From an uncultured Clostridia bacterium (GTDB taxonomy: Bacteria; Bacillota; Clostridia; Christensenellales; CAG-314), in NCBI GenBank assembly GCA_934294965.1, contig CAKRAM010000100.1, forward strand, positions 1 to 58,425: a stretch of DNA of 58,425 nt. Direction: 5' to 3'. Made by a program: the position numbers and the translations under genes. The notes under the pieces are model-generated. The model was not told the origin of the DNA, did no database searches, and saw only the letters and a program-made list of their open reading frames with translations. Shown here in pieces: positions 1 to 8,831 of the stretch (the first letter of the stretch is position 1; every line of letters begins with the position of its first letter).

Positions 1-103
1 GCACATCCGCCGCTTACCGTGCGAATGCTGCCAAAGCAAAGGAAAAACGCGCCGCAAAGGCACTTTCCTTGCGACGCGTATGTTCAATTGCTATTTTAGG
101 CTT

Positions 104-2044
104 TTACAGCAGCGTGCGGAGATGTTCCACAAGTTCGTCCACCGTGAATCCGTACTTTTGCATCAAAACGTTTGCCAGTGCGCTTGCTCCGAAGTGGTCG
201 ATACCGTACACGTAGCGTGCGTATTTGTACCACTCCATGGAACTGGACATTTCGATAGCGACGGTTTTGTTGCGGTTGGGCAACACCGACGTTTTGTAGC
301 GAGCGTCTTGCAGTTCGAATCCTGCCATGTTGGGCATGGATACTACGCGAACGTTTTCGCCTTCGCTTTCCAAAACTTCCGCCGCGCGCATTGCAAGATT
401 AACTTCCGATCCGCTGGCAAGCAAGCACAAATCCAAATTGCCGCGTTCGGTTTTGACAACGTACGCACCGCAATCGACGTGACTGTTTTCGTGAACTTCG
501 TCCACAAGGTTTTGACGAGTTAAAACGATAATGCTGGGGGTATGTTTGCTTTGCATTGCCAAACGGAAGCATTGCTCGGTTTCGTAAGCATCGGCAGGAC
601 GGAAAACGTTAAGGTTGGGCATTGCACGGAATCCTGCAAGTTGCTCAACGGGTTGGTGCGTGGGACCGTCTTCGCCTACGGCAACGGAATCGTGCGTGAA
701 AACGAATATCGAAGGCACACCCATAAGCGCGGCAAGGCGCACGGACGCCTTCATATAGTCGCTAAACACGAAAAACGCGCCGGAAAAACCGCGAGTCATT
801 CCGTGAAGGGTTATACCGTTTACTATTGCTCCCATTGCGTGTTCGCGCACGCCGAAGCAAATGTTGCGTCCCAAAGGATTTTGCGGAGTAAAATCTCCGT
901 CCGAGCCTTTTGCCTTGGTGGATTTTGTCAAGTCCGCACTGCCGCCGATAAGCAACGGATTGAGTTCGGACAGTTTTGCCAAAACTTTGCCGCCGACGTT
1001 ACGAGATGCATCGATATGCCCGACTTCGTAGCCCATGTTTGTTTGAACGTCAACTTCGCCGATAAGTGCGCGCTCGAATTGTTTTGCCAATTCCGGATAG
1101 GCACGCTTGTACGCGTTGAACATTGCAACCCATTTTTTGTATTCTCTCTTGCCGCGACGAACGCCCGTGGACTTTACGTAGGAATAGGCATCTTCCGGAA
1201 CGTCAAACGGCTCGTACTGCCAACCCAAAGCGGCACGAAGTTCGGCGGTTTTGCTGCCCAAAGGCGCGCCGTGACTATCCGACAATCCCGCAAGCGGACT
1301 GCCGTAGCCGATTATCGTTTTAACTTCGATAAGCGTGGGGGCGTCGGTGGATTTTTTTGCGCGACGGATTGCCTTTGCGATGGACTTGGGATTGTTTCCG
1401 TCGGGAACTTTGATGTACTTAAAGCCCATTGCCTTGTACTTTTCGGCAATGTTTTCGGTGTAGGATGCGTTTGTAGGTCCGTCCAACTGAACGTCGTTGG
1501 AATCGTACAACAAAATAAGTTTGTTGAGTTTGTGGTGTCCTGCAAGGGAAATGGCTTCCTGCGCGATACCCTCCTGCAAGTCGCCGTCGCCACACATAAC
1601 GTAGGTGTAGTGGTCGATGACGGGATAGCCCTCTTTGTTGAACTTTGCCGCCAAAAATCTTTCCGCCATGGCAAAGCCTACGCCCATTGCGATGCCTTGA
1701 CCGAGCGGTCCCGTGGATACGTCGATACCCGGAGTTACGCCAAGTTCGGGGTGTCCCGGGGTGATACTTCCGTATTGACGAAGATTTTTTAGGTCATCGA
1801 CGGAAACGCCGGCACCCATAAGGTGCAACATTGCATACAACATAGGCACGCCGTGTCCGCCGGAAAGCACAAAACGGTCGCGGTTGATCCAATCCAAGCG
1901 TTTTACGCAGGTGTTAAGATGATTGCAATACAACTCTACCAACATGGGAGACGCGCCCAAGCAAATACCGGGGTGTCCGCTTTTTGCCTTGTCGATGGCG
2001 TCTACCGCCAGCATACGTACCGCATTGATTGCTACTTGTTCCAT
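104..2044 (-). CDS. tkt: transketolase
   Basis: 646-aa ORF. The N-terminus (AINAVRMLAVDAIDKAKSGHPG...) and overall length are typical of bacterial transketolase. AAGGAGG lies just upstream of the ATG at 2044. Confidence 0.95.
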   Translation of the reverse strand: MEQVAINAVRMLAVDAIDKAKSGHPGICLGASPMLVELYCNHLNTCVKRLDWINRDRFVLSGGHGVPMLYAMLHLMGAGVSVDDLKNLRQYGSITPGHPELGVTPGIDVSTGPLGQGIAMGVGFAMAERFLAAKFNKEGYPVIDHYTYVMCGDGDLQEGIAQEAISLAGHHKLNKLILLYDSNDVQLDGPTNASYTENIAEKYKAMGFKYIKVPDGNNPKSIAKAIRRAKKSTDAPTLIEVKTIIGYGSPLAGLSDSHGAPLGSKTAELRAALGWQYEPFDVPEDAYSYVKSTGVRRGKREYKKWVAMFNAYKRAYPELAKQFERALIGEVDVQTNMGYEVGHIDASRNVGGKVLAKLSELNPLLIGGSADLTKSTKAKGSDGDFTPQNPLGRNICFGVREHAMGAIVNGITLHGMTRGFSGAFFVFSDYMKASVRLAALMGVPSIFVFTHDSVAVGEDGPTHQPVEQLAGFRAMPNLNVFRPADAYETEQCFRLAMQSKHTPSIIVLTRQNLVDEVHENSHVDCGAYVVKTERGNLDLCLLASGSEVNLAMRAAEVLESEGENVRVVSMPNMAGFELQDARYKTSVLPNRNKTVAIEMSSSMEWYKYARYVYGIDHFGASALANVLMQKYGFTVDELVEHLRTLL

Positions 2045-2574
2045 ACTTCCTCCTTAAGTGCAAGGCGTTTTTCCAAAGCAAACCCTCGGGCAAAAACGCC
2101 GATTATTTTTTATCCGCATAACATATTATCACCAAATTCGGTTATTTTCAATAGTTTTGCGATTTTTTTGCAAAATTTTGCAAATAGAATTTTCAAAGTT
2201 GCAAAATTCGCCAAATAGTAGCCAAAAATGCCAATTTTGTTACAATTTACCGTCTTTTTGCCAGCGCGGAGGTTTGCATTGAAAAAAAATGATGAAAATA
2301 ACTTTTTTTGCTGTGGAATGTATGCTATAATACAAGATATTGAAAACTTGCTTGCAATGGTTTTCAACTTAATCGCCTTATACGCCATAGGATGTAAAAA
2401 TGTCGGTTTTGCGACAAATTTGCAAAAATTTGAAGAATTTTGCCGACAGGGAAAGGCCTTACTTCCTATAACATGTAACAATTTTTATCGAAACTTTTGC
2501 CACTAAAAAGATGCGCGCGCAACCGCTCGCAACCAAAAGGCTTTGCAGCCGACAGATACTTTCAGAGGTACACG

Positions 2575-5037
2575 ATGAACAAAAAACTTTCCGCAATAAC
2601 AACGACATTGTTGATTCTTTGCCTTGTTGCCGCACTTTCGGCATGTTCGCTTTGGGACGACTTGGTTTCGCCAAAGTTTACCGTAACTTTCGACGACGGA
2701 ATTTCCGAAACCGAAGTTAGCGTGAGCAAAGGCACTACCGTAACGTTGCCCGAACCCACAAAAACCGGCTATACGTTCGGCGGTTGGTATGACCAAAAGG
2801 GCAATTTGTGGACAAAGGACACAAAAGTTACCGAACACGTGGTTTTGACCGCTCGTTGGAATCCGATTCCCGTGCAAATCACATTTGTGGTGAACGGCGC
2901 GTCGGTTGTTGTGGAATGCGACTACGGCAAAATTCCCGTCTATCCGGAAGGAACGCCCCACAAGCCCAGCTCCGACACGCAGGACTTTCCGTTTTTAGGG
3001 TGGCAACCGGCATTGACCAAAGCAACCGAACCGACAACCTACACGGCGGAATTCGGCGTAACTCCGCGCACGTTTGAAATTTACCTAAATTCCGAATATC
3101 CGCAAGGCTTTACGGCAAGCGACACTAGCGTGCAGATAGGCAACGACGTCACCGTGAGCCTCAGCATAAAAAACGGCTTCAAGTTTTTGGGTTGGTACGA
3201 CCAAAGCGGCAACAAACTCGGCTCGGACTACCAATCATTGAAGCACACTTTTACAAACGTTACGGCGGACGTTACAGTTGAAGTTCGCATAGAGCCGATA
3301 ACGTACAACATTTACTACCACGACGTCGGTCTTTGCCACAATCCCAATCCCACTCGGTTTGACGTTACCATGGACGGGACAAAACTGGAACCGCTTTCCA
3401 AAGACGGATACTTTTTTGACGGCTGGTACACCGCGGCCGACGGCAAAGGACAGCGCGTGGAAGAACTGACGGTGGAATTGATTTCCGCAAACAACAATCT
3501 GTATGCCTACTTTACAAAACAAGTTACCGCAACCTTTTGCATAAACGGAAAAGCGATTGACTCGCTGACGCAAAAAGTCAACGTGGGGGGAACGGTAAAC
3601 AGACCTATCGTGGACGGAAAAGCGCTGGGAATGAGCGGCTACACCGCCGACGGTTGGTACTCGGACGAAGATTGTACCTCTGCCGTTGCCTTTCCGCTGA
3701 CGGCAAACGAGCCGATAACCTTGTACGGCAAATGGAAAGCCGTTTCCTACACACCGCAAAGCGACGTCTTTGACAAATTCGACGCGCAAGTCAAAACGGG
3801 AACGGTTAAAATTTCCAACCGCAACGAATTGGAACTGTGGGTGGACTACGTTCACTTTAACTCTATCACTTCGGCGGACAAAATTTCGTTGGAATTCACC
3901 GACGGATACAACGTCAATTGCAATTCCGCATCCGAACTGAACAAACTGGTTAACGACCTCAACAACAAAAGCACGTTTCCTGCCAAGCAAGCGCTTGTGT
4001 ACTCCTACAACAAAAACGACTACGTTTTAACAAGTCTTACGTTGCAAAGCACCAACCAAATTACCCCGAACTCGGTAGTAGGCGACACTTTAGACCAGCA
4101 ATTCGAGTTTGCATTCACTTGGAATAACGACAATCCGCGCGACGATGCGTTTGACGATTTTGCCATTTACAACCTTACCGAACGGTTGAACGTGCAAACC
4201 ACCAACCAACTTGTTTATGCAATGGAAAACGGCTACCTGCCCGTTGCAAAAAGCGGTTCGGCGGCGGACACCGCTCTTACCAAAGCAAAAGCAATTTTGA
4301 ACAAAATAATCGGCACGTACATGACCGACTTTGAAAAAGTTAAAGCGATATACGACTACTTGGTGCTAAACGTTCGCTACGACAAAGCGGCGCTTTCCCC
4401 CTCGTACTCAGACAATTGGATGCAGTACAAAGCTTGGCAAGCAGAAGGTGTGTTTGACGACTACCGCGCGGTGTGCGACGGAATCAGCAAAGCCTTTTTG
4501 ATTCTGTGCCGATTGGAGAACATCGCCTGCGTGCGCATAACCGGAACCAGCAACGGCGTTGGACACGCTTGGAACAAAGTGTACATAGACGACAACTGGT
4601 GGGGCGTGGACGTGACTCACGGCAATTTGAGCATAAACAATGCCGAAGAATACCTGACCTACACGCAGTTTATGTTTACCGATAATTACAAAACCAAAAC
4701 GGGTTGCACCTTTGACACGACGTTGTTTGCCACTCCCACGGAAAGTTACGAAGTATACTCCAAAATATCCTTTGAAGGAGTAAAAGGCTTCGACTTGCAC
4801 ATAAACAGTCTAAACGAACTTAACAACTTGATTGCCTACGTGAATGCGTATCGTTCCACCAACAAAAACTACGACGGAACCACCGACCACAAATACTTTA
4901 CGATAGAATTTGCCGTCGACAAATCGCTAAACTGGCCGGACAACTACGTTTGCGTGAGCAAATTCGGCAAGACAACCTATGCAAAACGCACCGCCGATGA
5001 CGGAAGCGTAACTTACCTGCTGAAATTCGAGTTTTAG
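2575..5037 (+). CDS. surface lipoprotein with Listeria-Bacteroides-type repeats and a C-terminal transglutaminase-like cysteine protease core
   Basis: Start trimmed to the ATG at 2575, with AGAGGT upstream. Signal peptide ends in the lipobox LSAC. Five or more repeats end in G-W-Y (YTFGGWYDQ, FKFLGWYDQ, YFFDGWYTA, YTADGWYSD). The C-terminus has AVCDGISKAF ... GHAWNKVY ... GVDVTHG, a Cys-His-Asp arrangement. Confidence 0.8.
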   Translation: MNKKLSAITTTLLILCLVAALSACSLWDDLVSPKFTVTFDDGISETEVSVSKGTTVTLPEPTKTGYTFGGWYDQKGNLWTKDTKVTEHVVLTARWNPIPVQITFVVNGASVVVECDYGKIPVYPEGTPHKPSSDTQDFPFLGWQPALTKATEPTTYTAEFGVTPRTFEIYLNSEYPQGFTASDTSVQIGNDVTVSLSIKNGFKFLGWYDQSGNKLGSDYQSLKHTFTNVTADVTVEVRIEPITYNIYYHDVGLCHNPNPTRFDVTMDGTKLEPLSKDGYFFDGWYTAADGKGQRVEELTVELISANNNLYAYFTKQVTATFCINGKAIDSLTQKVNVGGTVNRPIVDGKALGMSGYTADGWYSDEDCTSAVAFPLTANEPITLYGKWKAVSYTPQSDVFDKFDAQVKTGTVKISNRNELELWVDYVHFNSITSADKISLEFTDGYNVNCNSASELNKLVNDLNNKSTFPAKQALVYSYNKNDYVLTSLTLQSTNQITPNSVVGDTLDQQFEFAFTWNNDNPRDDAFDDFAIYNLTERLNVQTTNQLVYAMENGYLPVAKSGSAADTALTKAKAILNKIIGTYMTDFEKVKAIYDYLVLNVRYDKAALSPSYSDNWMQYKAWQAEGVFDDYRAVCDGISKAFLILCRLENIACVRITGTSNGVGHAWNKVYIDDNWWGVDVTHGNLSINNAEEYLTYTQFMFTDNYKTKTGCTFDTTLFATPTESYEVYSKISFEGVKGFDLHINSLNELNNLIAYVNAYRSTNKNYDGTTDHKYFTIEFAVDKSLNWPDNYVCVSKFGKTTYAKRTADDGSVTYLLKFEF

Positions 5038-5040
5038 GCC

Positions 5041-5086
5041 GGTTTGCCGCAAATTGCCGACGAATATGCGGCAACAAACCGTTTTA
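5041..5086 (+). terminator. putative intrinsic terminator after the lipoprotein gene
   Basis: GGTTTGCCGC ... GCGGCA(AC)AAACC imperfect hairpin followed by GTTTTA, 4 nt after the stop codon. Confidence 0.45.
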
Positions 5087-5298
5087 ATCTACCGACGTAC
5101 CTCTACTTTTGTAATTTGTTGACAACAATGCGCAAAGGTAGTACCATGACGAAAAGCAAATTTTTCCGATTGCGGGTTTGTTACAAGAGCCACTGTTTGA
5201 CGTTCCCGATTTGAAAAATCATCGACATTGCTTGGTGCGTTTATTACACACTCAAACATAACTTATAAATTTGCGGCACCTGCCGACAAAGAGGTACT

Positions 5299-5682
5299 AT
5301 GAAAGTATATTACAGACAAAGATTTTATTGGATATTCCACTACACGAGCAAAAACTTCTTTTACGTGTCGGCAAAGACCTTGTGCATTGCGGTCGGATTG
5401 CCGCTCTACTGCGTTGCAATTGCCGCCGAAATGATTTTGACCGTGGTAAACTTGCTGCTGGGCTGGATACCTGCCCTCGGCATGCTGATTACGGTTATTT
5501 GCAAAGCGCTGATTTTTGTGGTGAACCTTCCCTACTATATTTGCGTTTTGCCCGACATTCGCGAATACCTGAAAGCAGTTAAAGCCGAGCCGGAATACGA
5601 AGTATCCGACGAAGAGCAACAAGACGCAACCGACGGAAACAACGATGACGGCGAAGCAGAACAACAAAATACCGAAAATTAG
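5299..5682 (+). CDS. small membrane protein (2 predicted TM helices) with an acidic C-terminal tail, function unknown
   Basis: AAGAGG lies 5 nt upstream of the ATG. Two hydrophobic stretches (LCIAVGLPLYCVAIAAEMILTVVNLLLGWIPALGMLITVICKALIFVV) are followed by a D/E/Q-rich tail. Confidence 0.55.
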   Translation: MKVYYRQRFYWIFHYTSKNFFYVSAKTLCIAVGLPLYCVAIAAEMILTVVNLLLGWIPALGMLITVICKALIFVVNLPYYICVLPDIREYLKAVKAEPEYEVSDEEQQDATDGNNDDGEAEQQNTEN

Positions 5683-6044
5683 TCAATCGAAAGATCGCAA
5701 CGAAAAAGCCTTTGAAAAAGGCAAAGCGTTACGGTCTTTTTTGTTGCATCGTTGCAATTTTTACTCCGCCGAGGGAAATTTTGCACCGAAGTCGGCAGAT
5801 TGCCTTGTGAGCCGAAACTAAAAACGGATTTGCACACGTCCGAGCCGACTGAAAAACTTATCGTTTGTTTGATTACGGGCTACGATGCGTTTTCCTCTTG
5901 CAGTTGCCAAGCAAACGTATTTTTGCACCGCACAATAAATTTGAGGACAAATGTTGCCGTCCGACGCTTGCACTTTCGCACAAAAGGCACATATCGGCGC
6001 GATTTGTCAATAATGAAAATTCTTGAAATAATTTTGCTGAATGG

Positions 6045-6073
6045 TTGCACTATAATATAACTTGTGGTAAAAT
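6045..6073 (+). promoter_or_regulatory. sigma-A type promoter for the TetR gene
   Basis: TTGCAC (6045-6050), 17-nt spacer, then TGgTAAAAT with the hexamer at 6068-6073 (extended -10). It lies about 22 nt upstream of the ATG at 6096. TGCACT / AGTGCA inverted arms flank it and could be an operator. Confidence 0.5.
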
Positions 6074-6095
6074 GAGTGCAGTAGGAGAGTTCAAT

Positions 6096-6683
6096 ATGCA
6101 ATACTTAAAAAAAGAAATTCGCAATAAGATTTTGGCTTCGGCAATCGATGAGTTCAAAGAACACGGATATTCCGACGCGTCCATCCGCAACATAGCAAAC
6201 AATGCCGAAATTTCGTTAGGCAACGTGTATAGATATTTTACAAACAAGGAGGCGCTCTACTTTGCGGTTATCAATCCGTTTATGGAAAGCATTCGCCAAA
6301 GCATAGAAAAGGATTTTGCGTTTGAAGGCAAAAGCATGAAGGAAGTGTCCGAAGTGTTGGTGGCTTTCCTTATGCAATACAACGACGAACTGATTATCAT
6401 CAGAAAGGGCAACACCGTCCACTACGACTCATTTGTTAAGTACATCGTAAAAGTCATCGCACAAAAACTTAAACTTATGCTGGAAGAAAATTTCCCGGAA
6501 ATCGACGTGAAAATCACCAATCCGGATTTTGCGGCATCGGTTGCGGAAGGATTTTTGACCAGCCTGTTTTTGGTGTTGGACGGCGGAGATTCCGCAGACG
6601 TACAGGAACGCTACATAAGAGAGTTGATAACGTTCTACTTCGGACATATGAAGGACCGTTTTTATCACTTCGATTTAGACTAA
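6096..6683 (+). CDS. TetR/AcrR family transcriptional regulator
   Basis: N-terminal HTH: ILASAIDEFKEHGYSDASIRNIANNAEISLGNVYRYFTNKEALY. AGGAGAG lies upstream of the ATG at 6096. Confidence 0.9.
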   Translation: MQYLKKEIRNKILASAIDEFKEHGYSDASIRNIANNAEISLGNVYRYFTNKEALYFAVINPFMESIRQSIEKDFAFEGKSMKEVSEVLVAFLMQYNDELIIIRKGNTVHYDSFVKYIVKVIAQKLKLMLEENFPEIDVKITNPDFAASVAEGFLTSLFLVLDGGDSADVQERYIRELITFYFGHMKDRFYHFDLD

Positions 6684-6723
6684 AAACTTTTTTTGTGCTA
6701 AAAACAAAATACATATATTGCAA

Positions 6724-6760
6724 AAGACCGAAAACGCACAAGTTTTCGGTCTTTTTTTTG
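6724..6760 (+). terminator. intrinsic terminator after the TetR gene
   Basis: AGACCGAAAAC / GTTTTCGGTCT 11-bp stem, 6-nt loop, then T8. Confidence 0.75.
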
Positions 6761-7029
6761 TTACGCGTACTTTGAGCGTGTTTAACTCGGCAAAGAGCAA
6801 TTTGCTGCAAGAACAGTTAAAGATAAGTGCCGTAATCCCCGATATAAAACTATCGTAGCTTGGAAGTTTTGTTGTTTTTATCGGCAAAATCGATGCACGA
6901 CTGCTTGCAATTTGCCACAAAGCAAGCGTTTGCACTCGCACTCCGAAAAAAAGTTTGTTTGCACTCGTCAAAGGATATCGTTAAACAACTTTTCGCGCTA
7001 TGCACGGTTGACAGCCAATGAGTATGCCG

Positions 7030-7761
7030 TTAGTAGGCACTTTCCAGCAGCATTTTGTCCGCCAAAAGCGCAATAAACTCGCCGTTGGTGGGTTTTTCCG
7101 CCGACGTGTACACCTTTACGCCGAACACTCCGTTGATGTTTTCTATCTTTCCTCGATTCCACGCAACCTCTATTGCGTGGCGAATAGCGCGCTCCACCTT
7201 GCTGGACGAAGTGTTAAATTTGTCGGCAATGGACGGGTACAAACTTTTTGTTATGGCGTTGATGATGGGAGGATTCTCCACGGCAAGTTTTATGCCCTCG
7301 CGCAAAAATTGATAGCCCTTTATATGCGCGGGGATTCCCACGCTTACAAAAATGTTGCTGATGCGTTCGTCCAACGATTTTTCCGAAACGGTGCGACGGG
7401 ATAACGCCGCTTTTTTGTTCAATGCCTGTCCCTCGGTTACGTTCAAAATGCGTTGCTCGATAATTTCGATTTCGGCAGGCTTAATCAGGTAGTACTTGGC
7501 GCCGAGTTCCAGCGCCTTTACCACGAACATTTCGTTTTGCAACTTGGAAACCACAATAAAAGAAGTATCCTTGTACTGTTCCAAAAGCGCAAAACCGTCC
7601 TCGCCTGCCATTACGAGTTCGGTAAGCACCACGTCGGGTGAATATTTATTAAGTACTTCTCTTGCACCTACACCGTCAACGTTAAATACCACGTTGAACT
7701 GTTTGTTTTGACTAAGTTGTTCGGCAATCTCGTTTTGCCCTATAAGTCCTACGGTGATCAA
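7030..7761 (-). CDS. spo0A: sporulation master regulator Spo0A with an atypical receiver domain
   Basis: The C-terminal domain is unmistakable: GIPAHIKGYQFLREGI ... SSKVERAIRHAIEVAWNRG ... KPTNGEFIALLADK. Start set to the TTG at 7761, which is preceded by AAGGAGG plus a 6-nt spacer. The upstream in-frame ATG at 7854 has no SD. Confidence 0.9.
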   Translation of the reverse strand: MITVGLIGQNEIAEQLSQNKQFNVVFNVDGVGAREVLNKYSPDVVLTELVMAGEDGFALLEQYKDTSFIVVSKLQNEMFVVKALELGAKYYLIKPAEIEIIEQRILNVTEGQALNKKAALSRRTVSEKSLDERISNIFVSVGIPAHIKGYQFLREGIKLAVENPPIINAITKSLYPSIADKFNTSSSKVERAIRHAIEVAWNRGKIENINGVFGVKVYTSAEKPTNGEFIALLADKMLLESAY

Positions 7762-7903
7762 TGTTAGCCTCCTTGTTGGCAAATAGTGTTTTGCGATAGT
7801 TTGGGCGGTAACGGAAAACTTGTCCGCCACTGACTTGCAAGTACATTGTAGCACCGAAGCGGGCGTCGTGTTTTGTTATGTTTTTGGTCTATATTTGATA
7901 TTT

Positions 7904-7959
7904 TGTCGAAGGATGTCAAAACGAATTGCAATTTGTTTTTTACGGTGTTATATCCGACA
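7904..7959. promoter_or_regulatory. candidate 0A boxes upstream of spo0A
   Basis: TGTCGAA (7904-7910, exact 0A-box consensus TGNCGAA) and TGTCAAA (7914-7920) on the plus strand. TGTCGGA on the minus strand (7953-7959). All lie within 200 nt upstream of the spo0A start. Confidence 0.4.
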
Positions 7960-8026
7960 AAAACCTTTGTTTTCCGTCGCGCCGTTTTTGCGCAAAATGC
8001 CGTTTGACGGCACATATTGCCTGTTT

Positions 8027-8560
8027 TTACTTGTGCTTGCTTTGCCATTCGGCAATAATTTCCAAAATTTTGCTTCGATACGTTATTTGATTTGTGCCGT
8101 TGCTTTCCCCTCCCACAAAGCAAAGCGGAGGATATACCACACACCACCAATTTGCACCGTCGGCTTTGCCTAGTTCCAAAATGAGCGCGTCGTACACGCC
8201 TGCGGATAGCGTTACACCGTTGTACGTTCTATCCGGAAAGTTTTCACTTTTGACTTTTGCCTTGCTGCGATACTCAAATCCGTTTTCCGCAAGAACGCGG
8301 TCGGCAATCGCTTCTATGTTTTTTAGTTCGACAGTGATAACCGCAATTGCGTCCTCCTTACTTTTTACATCGGCAACGTAGGGCGTAAGGTACTCCACCA
8401 CGGCGGCTTTGACCTTGTATTTTACCGATTGATCGGCTGCGGCGTCGCTGTTGGCGCGAATATGTATGCGCAAAAAATCCGCCGTTTTGCCCAACGGCAC
8501 GGCAAAAATAATGGCAAGCAAAATTACGACAGAAACGACGGCAACGATGATTTTTTTCAT
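8027..8560 (-). CDS. spoIIR: stage II sporulation protein R
   Basis: Signal or TM segment, then FLRIHIRANSDAAADQSVKYKV ... GANWWCVVYPPLCF, typical of SpoIIR. Start trimmed to the ATG at 8560, with GGAGGG upstream. Confidence 0.85.
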   Translation of the reverse strand: MKKIIVAVVSVVILLAIIFAVPLGKTADFLRIHIRANSDAAADQSVKYKVKAAVVEYLTPYVADVKSKEDAIAVITVELKNIEAIADRVLAENGFEYRSKAKVKSENFPDRTYNGVTLSAGVYDALILELGKADGANWWCVVYPPLCFVGGESNGTNQITYRSKILEIIAEWQSKHK

Positions 8561-8773
8561 AACTCCCTCCAATATGCGTGAGCAACTTGCGCTACCCTTT
8601 CCATAACTTCCCGGTTGAGTACACGCGTTCGCTCTAACAAGCATTGACAAAAAAACGGTTTGTTTTATGCTTGAAATTAAAAACCTTGTCGACAAAGAAC
8701 GATGATTGTCGTCGAAACAGACACTTGCACATAGCAACGTGGTTTTGGCAGTCTACAAGTTTGGTTTTGGGAA

Positions 8774-8817
8774 ACAAAAAAAGCCGTCGCACGGTATTGG
8801 TGCAACGGCTTTTTTTG
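8774..8817 (-). terminator. intrinsic terminator (bidirectional shape) after the acyltransferase gene
   Basis: AAGCCGTCGCAC / GTGCAACGGCTT stem flanked by A7 and T7, 15 nt beyond the stop at 8832. Confidence 0.65.
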
Positions 8818-8831
8818 TGTGCATAAATTAT

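Noticed and set aside
80-1792. Plus-strand ORFs of 147 and 416 aa inside the tkt locus.
   Set aside because: They are antisense to transketolase, have junk composition and have no ribosome-binding site.
2110-2481. 123-aa minus-strand and 74-131-aa plus-strand ORFs in the 530-bp tkt / lipoprotein intergenic region.
   Set aside because: The DNA is AT-rich and low-complexity, full of TTGCAAA/TTTTGC words. There is no SD. The ORFs overlap each other in different frames.
7762-7854. The longer Spo0A ORF starting at the ATG at 7854, and similar N-terminal extensions in the track for spoIIR, maf, rpsG, rplJ, rplA, rplK, rpmG, cdd, trkA, the PPTase, mgtC, the alpha-galactosidase and others.
   Set aside because: In each case a strong Shine-Dalgarno plus start codon lies further in, at the position where the conserved protein family begins. 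The extensions have no homology-like features and often overlap the upstream gene or its terminator.
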